Shown: piece after piece, positions 28,675 through 38,659 of the stretch
Layout: each line of letters begins with the position of its first letter
Position numbering within the stretch: position 1 is the stretch's first letter
DNA from: Ignavibacteriota bacterium
GTDB lineage: Bacteria > Bacteroidota > Ignavibacteria > UBA10030 > SZUA-254
NCBI GenBank assembly: GCA_016212665.1
Contig: JACREZ010000040.1
Location: forward strand, 24,178 to 88,177
Reading direction: 5' to 3'
Length of the DNA stretch: 64,000 bases
Notes under the pieces: model-generated
Told to the model about the DNA's origin: nothing
The model's input: the letters and a program-made list of their open reading frames with translations, nothing else
Databases searched by the model: none
Program-made: the position numbers and the translations under genes

Positions 28675-29186
28675 AAAAATTCCTGAGTAATTATATCACA
28701 AATAATATACTTAATGGAATCTACGAAATCAAGTACTTCATCTAAAATATTTCCCGGATTGAAATAAGAAGTGTGTTATCCCTGAGCCGAAGCGCCGATG
28801 AGAAGATGAATCCTTGTTTCTTTTCCGATGGCATTAAATGCGGTGTCGGAAGTTTCCTTCCGAAACGAGAGCCACTCAAATTCATTCTGTTTTGACTGTA
28901 ATTCATTTCCCGCGAATATACATCATTCCTTTTTTCAATCAAACAAAAACTGTAGTGTTGCTATCAAAAAAATATGTAGTGACTCCCAACCAATCAGGAC
29001 GATTGGACACAACGAATGCAGAACAATTCCGTTTTCTATTTTCGTCCGAGTACGAATCGGACTCTCCAACGAAAAAATGTAGATGTCTCAAAAGCACGGT
29101 TTACGACAGCCCGACCTAAAAAACCCACAACCTGTGGGACAAATGATTTCTTCAAAAATGATTACATTCAGCAGAGAAAACCATAA

Positions 29187-29690
29187 ATGAAATTCCTTGC
29201 TATAGATTTTGAAACTGCCGACTACGGGCGCGATAGCGCGTGCGCTGTCGGGTTGGTGCGCGTGGAGAATAATATCATCGTGAAGAAAGAGACACACCTG
29301 ATTCGCCCGCCGAGAAGAAATATTCACTTCTCTTATCTTCATGGAATTACATGGGACGATGTGAAGCATCAACCAACATTCGGAGAGTTATGGGAAGAGA
29401 TTCATGCAATGATGCACGATGTAGATTTTCTCGTCGCTCATAATGCAAGTTTCGACAAAGGCGTGCTTTATGCGTGTTGTCAATCGGCAGGAATAACACC
29501 GCCGGATATCCCGTTTAAATGTACCGTGAAACTCTCGCGGCAATTATGGAAATTGAAACCGGCAAATCTTGCGGCCGTGTGCCGGCATTTCGGAATTCCG
29601 CTCAGGCACCACGATGCGGCTTCGGATACGGAAGCGTGTGCGAAAATTATGATTCGCGCGTTAGAGACGATGAAGCAATCTCCGGGTTGA
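29187..29690 (+). CDS. DEDDh 3'-5' exonuclease (DnaQ/PolIII-epsilon-like)
   Basis: Exo I 'LAIDFETAD', Exo II 'LVAHNASFDKGVL' and Exo III 'HHDAASDTEACAKI'. Confidence 0.8.
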   Translation: MKFLAIDFETADYGRDSACAVGLVRVENNIIVKKETHLIRPPRRNIHFSYLHGITWDDVKHQPTFGELWEEIHAMMHDVDFLVAHNASFDKGVLYACCQSAGITPPDIPFKCTVKLSRQLWKLKPANLAAVCRHFGIPLRHHDAASDTEACAKIMIRALETMKQSPG

Positions 29691-29825
29691 ATTTTTCAAA
29701 ACAGAGTCGTACATTACCCCATCATTTTTGTCATCCGTTCTTTTGAACCAACCGTCATTGAGAATCCCGTTCATCATGTATCAGAACGGGATGAAGCAAT
29801 CTCTCCGCCGAGATAGAAACACAAC

Positions 29826-29905
29826 GCGGGATTGTGAGCGCCTTGCGCCAGCCCTTTGGGACTTCGTCGTTCCAACTCTAACGGAACTCCTCGCAAAGAC
29901 GCTTT
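29826..29905 (+). repeat. Intergenic repeat element copy A (~75 nt, family shared with 34306–34375)
   Basis: 'GGGATTGTGAGCGCCTTGCGCCAGCCCTTTGGGACTTCGTCG…CTCCTCGCAAAGACGCTTT' is ~85% identical to copy B apart from an 11-nt indel. The two copies are open in different frames, so the element is non-coding. Confidence 0.6.
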
Positions 29906-29935
29906 ACGTGAACAATATTTATAAAAGGAAAATTT

Positions 29936-30325
29936 ATGGACGACAATTCATCACGCATACTCATGATCATCATTGCATTGCTGATAGGCATCAGCAGTGT
30001 TTCATTTCTTTTGTTCTTTCTTTTCAAAACATACAAACGCAACAACAGGGTGATTGACGAAGCGGAGGATATTCAGGGCGCGGTTCATTATCAATGCCCG
30101 AAGTGCAATCAGCACATGGAGCGGGGAATGGCGTTAGCCGGACGGGGTATCATTTACAAAGCCGACGACGGAAAACCCATCAGCTCGTTTTCAACCATCA
30201 ATCAGGTGTTGGAAAACACCTTGAGCATGTCGCTTCCTCCCGCGTTTAACCGGGCATGGCATTGCAACAACTGTAAATATTTGTTGCTGGACCATAGCGT
30301 GTTGGTGAAGAAGAAAAAGAAATAA
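29936..30325 (+). CDS. Hypothetical membrane-anchored protein with two CxxC pairs (Zn-ribbon-like)
   Basis: One N-terminal TM helix, then 'YQCPKCNQHM…WHCNNCKYLL', ending in a poly-Lys tail. Confidence 0.5.
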   Translation: MDDNSSRILMIIIALLIGISSVSFLLFFLFKTYKRNNRVIDEAEDIQGAVHYQCPKCNQHMERGMALAGRGIIYKADDGKPISSFSTINQVLENTLSMSLPPAFNRAWHCNNCKYLLLDHSVLVKKKKK

Positions 30326-30714
30326 GGATGCCGGAAAAATTTATCGCACCCTCCCCGTGATAACGTTGTAGATTTCTTTGCAGAGAAAAAACGGGGTGCG
30401 GCCGTCCCACGAAAACTCAAAGGAAGACAATTGGTTTACGGGATTCAACACACAATTAATCGGCGTGGTAGTTGTCGGTAGTTGATACAGAGGACTTTTC
30501 TCAAGCGATGTGAGATTCAAAATCATCAAATTGTAGAGAGTGAATAAATGAGACCAAGCCTCTTGTTGATAATCGCCACTAAGCGTACGCTCATCTCAAT
30601 CCGGGTTTGTGTCCTCGCTGCTTCCGTGCCGCACCATACAATTGTTTGTCACAAGCGTCAGACGAAACTCAGGGCTTCATCATAAAACTTTACTAAACTC
30701 CAAAAACGAGAGTA

Positions 30715-31932
30715 TTAGTATTCTTTCCGATTCGCGTACATATTCAACAACAGCCCGACCATAAGTAGATTGGTAATCATGTTTGAGCCGCCGTAACTCA
30801 TAAGCGGAAGCGGAACACCGATAACCGGAACAATTCCCATGCACATGCCGATGTTGATGGCAACATGTACGGTGAACGTTGCGACGATACCGATTGCAAC
30901 GATACTTGCAAACTTATTTTTTGCAAGCGATGCAATCTTGATTCCCCGAAAGAGTAACAGGGCGAGTAATATCAGCACGAAACACGCTCCAAGAAACCCG
31001 AACTCTTCACTCGGAACGCAGAAAATAAAATCAGTCCATTGTGCGGGGATAAAGTTGAGTTGCGTCTGTGAACCTTGCAGGTATCCTTTCCCGGTGAAGC
31101 CGCCGGAACCGATGGCAATTTTCGCCTGAATGATATTGTACCCCGCGCCGAGCGGGTCTGCTTCGTTATTGATGAAGGTAAGAATACGGTTCTGTTGGTG
31201 CGGTGCGAGCCGCGCAAAAATAAACTGCACGGAAACACCGACCAACGTTGTCAGCGAGAAGACGATGGCAGAGCCGAGTTTGTTTTCGCGAAGAAGAAGC
31301 AACACAACAAACGTAAGCGCGGTGACGATGAGAAACGGAGTTGTTCCGAACAGCGCGGCGATCGCGGCGGCGCCGGGTGCAATTACCGCAAGCACGAATA
31401 AGACTGATAATCCCGACCAATACATCAGCAAGAGCAACATGCCGAGATAAATAATCGCCGTTCCGACATCGGGCTGTAACACAATCAACCCGACAGGAAT
31501 GAGGACGAATCCCGCCGCCATGACGATGTGTTTGAACCGGAACAGGTACACATTGCCGCGGGAAAGAAATGTTGCCAAAGCGAGGATGGTCGTCGCTTTC
31601 ACAAGTTCCGATGGTTGCAATCCGAATCCGCTGACACCGAACCAACTCGTCGAGCCGGCGATACTGCGACCGAGAACCAACACGGCGGCAAGCAAGAGCA
31701 ACGAAATTCCGTACGCCGGATACGACCATTGCTGAATTGTCCGGAACGGAATGAACATGACTATCATCATCCCAAGCAAGCCGACACCAATCCACATCAG
31801 TTGGCGATAGAAGACGACCGACGCGCCAGCATCATACGTTGCACTATACACCGAGAGCGCGCTCATCGAGACGAGCAACAACACAACGAGTAGCGTTACG
31901 CCGTCAATGCTCTCTTTGAACCAGTTGTCCAT
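30715..31932 (-). CDS. rodA: Rod-shape-determining protein RodA (FtsW/RodA/SpoVE family)
   Basis: Ten-TM SEDS protein placed immediately downstream of mrdA in the mre cluster. Confidence 0.9.
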   Translation of the reverse strand: MDNWFKESIDGVTLLVVLLLVSMSALSVYSATYDAGASVVFYRQLMWIGVGLLGMMIVMFIPFRTIQQWSYPAYGISLLLLAAVLVLGRSIAGSTSWFGVSGFGLQPSELVKATTILALATFLSRGNVYLFRFKHIVMAAGFVLIPVGLIVLQPDVGTAIIYLGMLLLLMYWSGLSVLFVLAVIAPGAAAIAALFGTTPFLIVTALTFVVLLLLRENKLGSAIVFSLTTLVGVSVQFIFARLAPHQQNRILTFINNEADPLGAGYNIIQAKIAIGSGGFTGKGYLQGSQTQLNFIPAQWTDFIFCVPSEEFGFLGACFVLILLALLLFRGIKIASLAKNKFASIVAIGIVATFTVHVAINIGMCMGIVPVIGVPLPLMSYGGSNMITNLLMVGLLLNMYANRKEY

Positions 31933-33738
31933 TTGTTTCTTTCACTGTTTTGTTTTCTGCCTGCGCGGGTGCAGGTTTGTCGCGGTTGATAAATCTGTTC
32001 AGATATTTTTCGATGCAGAGTCCGGCAATCGGAGCGGCTTCCACTCCGCCGTATCCCGCATTTTCCACCAGCGCGCAAATTGCAATCTTCGGATTTTCCG
32101 ATGGCGCATAACCGACAAACCACGCGTGGTCTTTCCCGTGCGGATTCTGCGCTGTTCCCGTTTTTCCCGAAACAGAAATCCCGCTCACCTTTGCCGAACT
32201 TCCCGTTCCACCCGGTTCCATCACTGCGCGGCGCAATCCTTCCTGAATCAATTCCCATGTTTGATGTTTCATTTCAAATTTCCTGCCCGGTACAGAAACA
32301 TCAAACACTTTTCCGTTCTCTTTTTCTTTCACGCTCTTCACCACGTGCGGCGTGTAGAACGTTCCCCGGTTTGCCAGCATCGCCGAGTACGCCGCCATCT
32401 GTAACGGCGACACGCCGACTTCTCCCTGACCGATAGACAAACTAATGAGATATCCCTTCGTCCATTTTCCTTTGCCATACACTTTATCAAAAAATTCTTT
32501 CGAGGGAAGCAAGCCCGGGTCTTCTTCAAAAATATCGAGTCCGGTTTTTTGTCCGAAACCGAATTGCGCACCGTACTCTGTCCACCGCTCGAAGCCGACC
32601 TTCAACATCAACTGATAAAAAAAGACGTTGCATGAACGCTGAATCGCTTCAACAACATTCGTCGAGCCATGCACATGCAAATCTTTAAACACATGGTCGC
32701 CAAAACGAAACGCGCCGGAACAGTTCACGCGCCAATCCTGTGTGATGATTCCTTCGTTCAGCGCGGCGGCGGCAAGTACCATTTTGAATGTCGAGCCGGG
32801 AGGATAACGCGTCAGCGTCGCGCGGTTGAAGAGCGGTTTTGCAGGGTCGTTATTCAATGCAGACCAGACTGCTTGCGAAGTAAATCCGGTGAGAAGCGCC
32901 GGGTCGAAATCAGGCTTACTGACCATGGCGAGAATTCCGCCGTCCGTCGGGTCAATGGCTACAACCGCGCCCTGTTTTCCGAGAGCAACGATTCGGCAAA
33001 TGCCTGCAAATCAACATCAATCGTCAGCAATAAATCGTTTCCTTCTTTATCGGGAATATCATTCTTCCCTTCGTTGAAGGATTGAACTTTTTGTCCCCAC
33101 GCATTCACGGTGATGAACTCGAATCCTTTTTTGCCGCGAAGTTCCCTTTCATACTTCGCTTCGATTCCTGTCGCGCCAATCATATCGCCCGGCTGATATT
33201 CGGACGTAACGGAGAGAAGTCGTTCGGGAATTTCTTTCGTGTAACCGACAAGGTGAGCAAGTTTCGCTTTGGTCGGCAAGTATCGTTTTGTTTCTGTTTG
33301 ATAATCAACGCCGGGAAGTTTGTCACGGTGTTCTTCCAGAACGGAAAGCGTTTTGAAATCAATGTCGCGTTTGATTTTTGTCGGGGCGAAGCGGTTGTAG
33401 CGGATTCCCCGTTTTACTCTGTCGAAAATAAACACCGGGTCAAGCCGCAACGTCGAAGAGAGAAATGAGGCCGCTTCCGATTTGAACTCCGAGGGCGTAA
33501 TCGTCATCGTGTATGCGGGGCGATTATCAACAATTATTTTTCCGTTCCGGTCAAGGATGTACCCGCGAATCGGGTCACGCGCAATCGGTCGGATGCTGTT
33601 CTCCTCCGATTTTTTTCCATACACATCGTGATAGAGAATCTGAAGTTGCAGGAGTCGCCCGAAAAAGAGAACGAACATCATCGCTATTCCCCACACAAAC
33701 AGCCGCTTCCTGTTTGATTCTTCAAAACTATTCCACAT
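31904..33738 (-). pseudogene. mrdA: Penicillin-binding protein 2 (MrdA) interrupted by a frameshift near 32965–32972; tracked as ORFs 32959..33738 (N-terminal dimerisation domain) and 31904..32926 (transpeptidase domain)
   Basis: N-part ends '…DVDLQAFAESLLSENRARL*'. The adjacent frame continues '…IVALGKQGAVVAIDPTDGGILAMVSKPDFDP…' with SxxK and the KTG triad ('GKTGTAQ'). Removing 2 nt in 'CGCGCC' restores '…SENRAVVAIDP…'. Confidence 0.8.
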
Positions 33739-34234
33739 TGACCTTCACCGATGTTCGTGCAACAATCATAACAGGAAATAACGAGACGAGCGTTGTGTAG
33801 AGTGTTGTCGTGACGCCATACTCGACAATCGCCGACACCAAGCCGATGTCTGAGCCGCGCGTGAAGAGAAGAAAGTAGAGAATGTTCTGCGCGAACGAAG
33901 AAAGAAAAACGACAATCAGAAACCGGTAACTTCCAAGCGTAAATTTGTTTTGACCTTCTTCGTGAAAGTAACCGGCGATGAACCCGCCGAATGTTTTCGT
34001 CAGCGCGGATAGACCTATAAAACTTCCCGCCATCATATCAATTCCCAACCCGACGAGAAACCCCCACATAGTTCCGCTTAGTTGTCCTTCCTTCACGGCG
34101 AGGTACACGATAAAAATTGCAAGCAAATCGGGAGCGATGTCTGCGACGCTGAGATAGCGCGCAATCGTCGTCTGCACAACGATGAGAAGAAACCCTACAA
34201 ACGCAAAACGAAATTGCCGCGCTATCATGAGCAT
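33728..34234 (-). CDS. mreD: Rod-shape-determining protein MreD
   Basis: Small polytopic membrane protein between mreC and mrdA, with an MreD-like hydrophobic pattern. Confidence 0.75.
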   Translation of the reverse strand: MLMIARQFRFAFVGFLLIVVQTTIARYLSVADIAPDLLAIFIVYLAVKEGQLSGTMWGFLVGLGIDMMAGSFIGLSALTKTFGGFIAGYFHEEGQNKFTLGSYRFLIVVFLSSFAQNILYFLLFTRGSDIGLVSAIVEYGVTTTLYTTLVSLFPVMIVARTSVKVNVE

Positions 34235-34305
34235 ACTGCTGAATTGTCTTTGCGAGTCCCGCTTTTATCGGGGCGAAGCAATCTCACTATTGAAAGTAGA
34301 ATCAA

Positions 34306-34375
34306 ACGTGGGATTGTGTACGCAATGCGCCATCCCATTGGGACTTCGTCGCTTCGCTCCTCGCAAAGACACTTT
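34306..34375 (+). repeat. Intergenic repeat element copy B, inside the mreC–mreD spacer
   Basis: 'GGGATTGTGTACGCAATGCGCCATCCCATTGGGACTTCGTCGCTTCGCTCCTCGCAAAGACACTTT'. Flanked by the inverted repeat 'GTCTTTGCGAGTCCC' (34244–34258) / 'GGGACT…CTCGCAAAGAC'. Confidence 0.6.
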
Positions 34376-34397
34376 TTAGTATTTGGTAACACACCCA

Positions 34398-35231
34398 TCA
34401 TTTGCCTTCAGGTGATTGATGTTCAATGACGGTACGGCTCGTATCCGGTGTGAGGAGAACGATGAATGCCTGTTCAAGGCGAATGAAATCCACGCTCGGC
34501 TCGATTTCAATATCTTTGAAGAGCGACGCGGGTTTTTCTTCGACATGAACGACGCGCCCGATTCGAACACGGGGAGGAAACACATTGCTGTACTCTGAGG
34601 TGACAACGATGTCTCCCTGAACGACATCCTGCTTTTTCGGAACGTTCTTCAGGCGGACAAACTCGCCGCCATCCCACGCGATAATTCCATCCACGCGGCT
34701 TCGCTCCACTTTTGCGCTCGCCCGAAAATCTTTGTTGAACATCAACTGCCCGACGGAAAAACGACTGCTCGTCGTTGTAATTTTCCCGACCAATCCTGCT
34801 TCGGAGATGATTGGCATATCGGGTTTCACTCCATCCGCTTCGCCGACGTTGAGCGTGATGGTGTTTCTCAGCATGTGCGTACTTTTTGCCACAACGTCCG
34901 CGGCGAGAATCGGGTACGGACTCGACTCACGCAGCCCCAGCATTTCTCTCAGTTTGATGTTTTCCAGCCGCGCTTCGCGCAAGCGGCTCACTTCATCAGC
35001 AAGATTCACATTCAACTGCCGGAGAATTTCGTTCTCTCGTTGCAACTGAAATACATTGGGTATGACCGAGAGCGCATCCTGTACAAGTCCGATAAACCCG
35101 ACAGTGTATGCGCGCACTTCCCGCAACTGCGGATTATCATTTGCGCTGAGAAGAAGTAATGAAACGAGAATGAGGAGGGAGAAAACGAGATATTCTCTGA
35201 GAGAACGAACTAAACCGAAAAGTCTTTGCAT
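34398..35231 (-). CDS. mreC: Rod-shape-determining protein MreC
   Basis: N-terminal TM helix, coiled-coil region and C-terminal beta domain; located directly downstream of mreB. Confidence 0.85.
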   Translation of the reverse strand: MQRLFGLVRSLREYLVFSLLILVSLLLLSANDNPQLREVRAYTVGFIGLVQDALSVIPNVFQLQRENEILRQLNVNLADEVSRLREARLENIKLREMLGLRESSPYPILAADVVAKSTHMLRNTITLNVGEADGVKPDMPIISEAGLVGKITTTSSRFSVGQLMFNKDFRASAKVERSRVDGIIAWDGGEFVRLKNVPKKQDVVQGDIVVTSEYSNVFPPRVRIGRVVHVEEKPASLFKDIEIEPSVDFIRLEQAFIVLLTPDTSRTVIEHQSPEGK

Positions 35232-35346
35232 TTTTTAGCAGTGAGCAATGAGTGGTGCGCGGTGAGCAGCAATTAGTGTTGAAAAAAATCTCATAACTCT
35301 GCGCTCAGCGCTTTCACCCGCCAAAGGCGGGCAAGCACCCCACTGC

Positions 35347-36372
35347 TCAATATCTCCTTGTCTTAATCAACACCTTCGAGTAGTGTCCGAGATTTTCAAG
35401 AACTTTTCCGGTGCCGCGAACAACTGCTGTGAGCGGGTCTTCGGCGACGTGAACGGGTAAACTTGTGTCGCGGCGAATGCGTTCATCCAAATGTTTGATG
35501 AGCGCGCCGCCGCCGGAGAGCATGATACCCCGGTCAAGAATATCGGCAGAAAGTTCAGGGGGCGTTCGTTCAAGCGTCAGTTTGATGGCATCAACAATGG
35601 ATTGAATTGCCTCATTCAGACATTCGCGTATTTCAGCAGAGTTGGTTTCGACCGTTTTTGGAATGCCGTTCACCAAATCGCGCCCTTTTACCTGAATTGA
35701 AATTTCCTCCTTCAGCGGCATCGCAGAACCGACTTCGCATTTGATTGCTTCGCCGGTCCGTTCGCCAATCAGCATGTTATAATTCTTTTTGAAAAACTGA
35801 ATGATGGCGTTGTTCATCTCGTCGCCCGCCACACGGATGGATTCCATGTTTACAATTCCCGAAAGAGCAATGACGGCAATTTCGGTTGTGCCGCCGCCAA
35901 TATCCACCACCATGTTTCCGACAGGCGCGTCAACATCCATCCCGATACCAATTGCCGATGCCATCGGTTCTGCAATCAGGTGAACTTCTTTTGCCCCTGC
36001 ATGCTCGGCAGAATCGCGGACAGCGCGCTTCTCTACTTCCGTCACGCCGCTCGGGACGCAGACAACAATGCGCCTGCTCGGAAATAATCCTGCATGAATT
36101 TTTTTAATGAACTCGCGCAACATTCCTTCTGCGATTTCAAAGTCGGCAATCACACCGTCCTTCATCGGGCGAATTGTGCGGATGTCGCGGTGTGTGCGCC
36201 CCAACATCTCACGCGCTTCGTTGCCGATTGCAACGATGCGTTTCGTGTTTCTGTCGAACGCGACAATCGAAGGTTCGTTCAGCACCACGCCTTTTCCCTT
36301 CATGTAAATGAGGGTGTTTGCCGTGCCGAGGTCAATTGCTAAATCAGGACAAAAAAGGGAGAGCATTCCCAT
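35347..36372 (-). CDS. mreB: Rod-shape-determining protein MreB (actin homologue)
   Basis: 'IDLGTANTLIYMKGKGVVLNEPSIVAF…DIGGGTTEIAVI…' is the actin-fold phosphate-1/2 and adenosine motif set. Confidence 0.95.
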   Translation of the reverse strand: MGMLSLFCPDLAIDLGTANTLIYMKGKGVVLNEPSIVAFDRNTKRIVAIGNEAREMLGRTHRDIRTIRPMKDGVIADFEIAEGMLREFIKKIHAGLFPSRRIVVCVPSGVTEVEKRAVRDSAEHAGAKEVHLIAEPMASAIGIGMDVDAPVGNMVVDIGGGTTEIAVIALSGIVNMESIRVAGDEMNNAIIQFFKKNYNMLIGERTGEAIKCEVGSAMPLKEEISIQVKGRDLVNGIPKTVETNSAEIRECLNEAIQSIVDAIKLTLERTPPELSADILDRGIMLSGGGALIKHLDERIRRDTSLPVHVAEDPLTAVVRGTGKVLENLGHYSKVLIKTRRY

Positions 36373-36384
36373 AGGAGTTTTTTC

Positions 36385-37932
36385 TTAATGTTTAAAATGT
36401 CTGATACCGGTAAAAAGCATTGCTATGTTGTGTTCGTCGGCGGCGCGTATAACTTCTTCGTCACGAACCGAACCGCCGGGTTGTATGACCGCTGTCGCGC
36501 CGACCTTCACCGCTTCAAGCAAGCCATCGGCAAACGGGAAGAAGGCATCGGAGGCGACTGCTGTTCCGCGTAACTCCAATCCGGCTTCTTTTGCTTTCAT
36601 TGTTGCAAGCTGTGATGAATCAACACGTGACATTTGTCCCGCGCCAATACCGATGGTTCTGTCGCTTCGTGCATAAATAATCGCATTTGATTTGACATGC
36701 TTTGCAACGCGCCATGCGAACATCATAGCGGAGTGTTCTTCTTCTGTTGGAGTACGTTTCGTTACAACACGAAGTTTCTCTTCTTCAAGAAGCAGAACAT
36801 CGGGAGATTGAACAAGCAGACCGCCTGCAACACTCCGTACATTCATTTGATGCAACGACTGAAGCAGCTTTCTCTGAAGAATCAAACGACGGTCTTTTTT
36901 CTTTTTGAGAAATTCAAGAACATCGTTCGGAATTTCCGGTGCGATAATAACTTCCGTGAAAACCGAATCAATCAACCTCGCCGCTTCTAAATCCAACGGA
37001 CGATTCATGCAGACAATTCCGCCGAACGCTGAAGTTTTGTCGGTTGCGAGCGCTTTCTCGTATGCTTCGGCAAGCGTTGTTCCCGAACCAACGCCGCACG
37101 GATTCGTGTGCTTGATAATCGCAACCGTCGGTTCGTCAAACTCTTCCACCAATTCCGCGGCGCCTTGAATATCAACAATATTATTGAAAGAAAGTTCTTT
37201 TCCGTGCAGTTTTTCAAATATTTCGTTGAACGTTCCGTACAACGAGGCAGACTGATGCGGATTCTCTCCGTACCGTAAATCAAAACTTTTCGGAAGTGAA
37301 AGAGAAAAAGTCTCAGGTAACGCTGAGCCAGTCGCGCCTGAACGTTGAAGATACCCGGCAATTGCCGTGTCATATCGTGCTGTATGGTGAAACACTTCCG
37401 TTGCAAGGGCAAATCTTGTTTCTTCGGTGACGCATCCATTGTGCGCTTCCATCTCGGAAAGAACTCGTGCGTAATGTTGCGGATTGACGATGACTGTTTT
37501 GCTCGAAAAGTTTTTTGCCGCAGAGCGAAGCATTGTCGGTCCGCCGATATCAATCTGTTCGATTGCATCATCAAGCGAGACTCCGCTCTTCTCGATTGTC
37601 TGTTCAAACGGATAGAGATTCACCACGACCAAATCAATCGGTTCGATATTCAACTCGGCGAGTTGCTGAACGTGAGAAGGATTTTCTGTAACCGCAAGCA
37701 AGCCCGCGTGAATGTTCGGATGAAGCGTCTTCACTCTGCCGTCAAGAATTTCGGGGAAGCCTGTGAGTTCAGAAACTGAGCAAGCGGTAATTCCTGCTTC
37801 ATGCAATGTCTTCAGCGTTCCGCCTGTCGAGATGATTTCGACATTCCATTTTTGTAACGAGCGAGCGAACTCAACGATGCCTGTTTTATCTGACACACTG
37901 ATGAGTGCGCGTTTGATTTCAACCAATTTCAT
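36385..37932 (-). CDS. purH: Bifunctional AICAR transformylase / IMP cyclohydrolase
   Basis: '[16 protein letters not shown]…ISTGGT' is the MGS-like IMPCH domain, followed by a C-terminal AICARFT domain; 515 aa. Confidence 0.95.
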   Translation of the reverse strand: MKLVEIKRALISVSDKTGIVEFARSLQKWNVEIISTGGTLKTLHEAGITACSVSELTGFPEILDGRVKTLHPNIHAGLLAVTENPSHVQQLAELNIEPIDLVVVNLYPFEQTIEKSGVSLDDAIEQIDIGGPTMLRSAAKNFSSKTVIVNPQHYARVLSEMEAHNGCVTEETRFALATEVFHHTARYDTAIAGYLQRSGATGSALPETFSLSLPKSFDLRYGENPHQSASLYGTFNEIFEKLHGKELSFNNIVDIQGAAELVEEFDEPTVAIIKHTNPCGVGSGTTLAEAYEKALATDKTSAFGGIVCMNRPLDLEAARLIDSVFTEVIIAPEIPNDVLEFLKKKKDRRLILQRKLLQSLHQMNVRSVAGGLLVQSPDVLLLEEEKLRVVTKRTPTEEEHSAMMFAWRVAKHVKSNAIIYARSDRTIGIGAGQMSRVDSSQLATMKAKEAGLELRGTAVASDAFFPFADGLLEAVKVGATAVIQPGGSVRDEEVIRAADEHNIAMLFTGIRHFKH

Positions 37933-38582
37933 TTCTGTTCAATCGTCACTTGTTGACCATTCACATGAATTCTTCCTTGCGCGAATAAATTAATTGCCTT
38001 AGGATACAACGTATGTTCAATCTTCAAAACTTTTTCCGCCAACGATTCGGGTGTGTCCGTCGTTGAAACATCAACCCGTTCCTGCAACACAACCGGACCA
38101 CGGTCATATTCTTCATCAACCAGATGTACCGTAGCGCCGGAAACAGAATCACGATTGGCAATCACTGCTTCATGCACGTGCATCCCGTACATTCCTTTTC
38201 CACCATACGCGGGCAAGAGCGCAGGATGGATATTGATGATTCGGTTTTTGAACGATGAAATAATTGTTGGGTCGAGTTTCTTCATGTATCCGGCAAGGAC
38301 GATAAAATTATTGTTGTGTTCCCTAAGCGTTTGCATCATCGCCGCGACGAATTCTGCATCGGAAGAAAACTGAAGTCGGCTGCAATGCACGGCGGGAATT
38401 CCCTGCTGACGAGCAAACTCCAGCGCGCCGGAAGAACTATTGTTACTGAGGACAAGAGAAACTTTGGCGTTGGAAATGATTCCGGCATGGATGGCGTCAA
38501 CAATCGCCCGCAAATTAGAGCCGCGACCGGACGCAAGTACAGCAATTCTTAGTCCGCCCGAAGCGGACTTACTTTCATTCAA
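37929..38582 (-). CDS. purN: Phosphoribosylglycinamide formyltransferase
   Basis: '[19 protein letters not shown]', then '…[10 protein letters not shown]…'. 4-bp overlap with purH. Confidence 0.9.
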   Translation of the reverse strand: MNESKSASGGLRIAVLASGRGSNLRAIVDAIHAGIISNAKVSLVLSNNSSSGALEFARQQGIPAVHCSRLQFSSDAEFVAAMMQTLREHNNNFIVLAGYMKKLDPTIISSFKNRIINIHPALLPAYGGKGMYGMHVHEAVIANRDSVSGATVHLVDEEYDRGPVVLQERVDVSTTDTPESLAEKVLKIEHTLYPKAINLFAQGRIHVNGQQVTIEQK

Positions 38583-38659
38583 TGTAAATTATTCGAGAAC
38601 GATTCAGAGCAAACGCGGGGAAAATGTAGTGAGAATTCGAGCAATATCAAAACACGATT

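Noticed and set aside
31166-31795. 209-aa antisense ORF inside rodA
   Set aside because: It is antisense to a conserved SEDS-family gene and Arg/Cys-rich; a GC-driven open frame.
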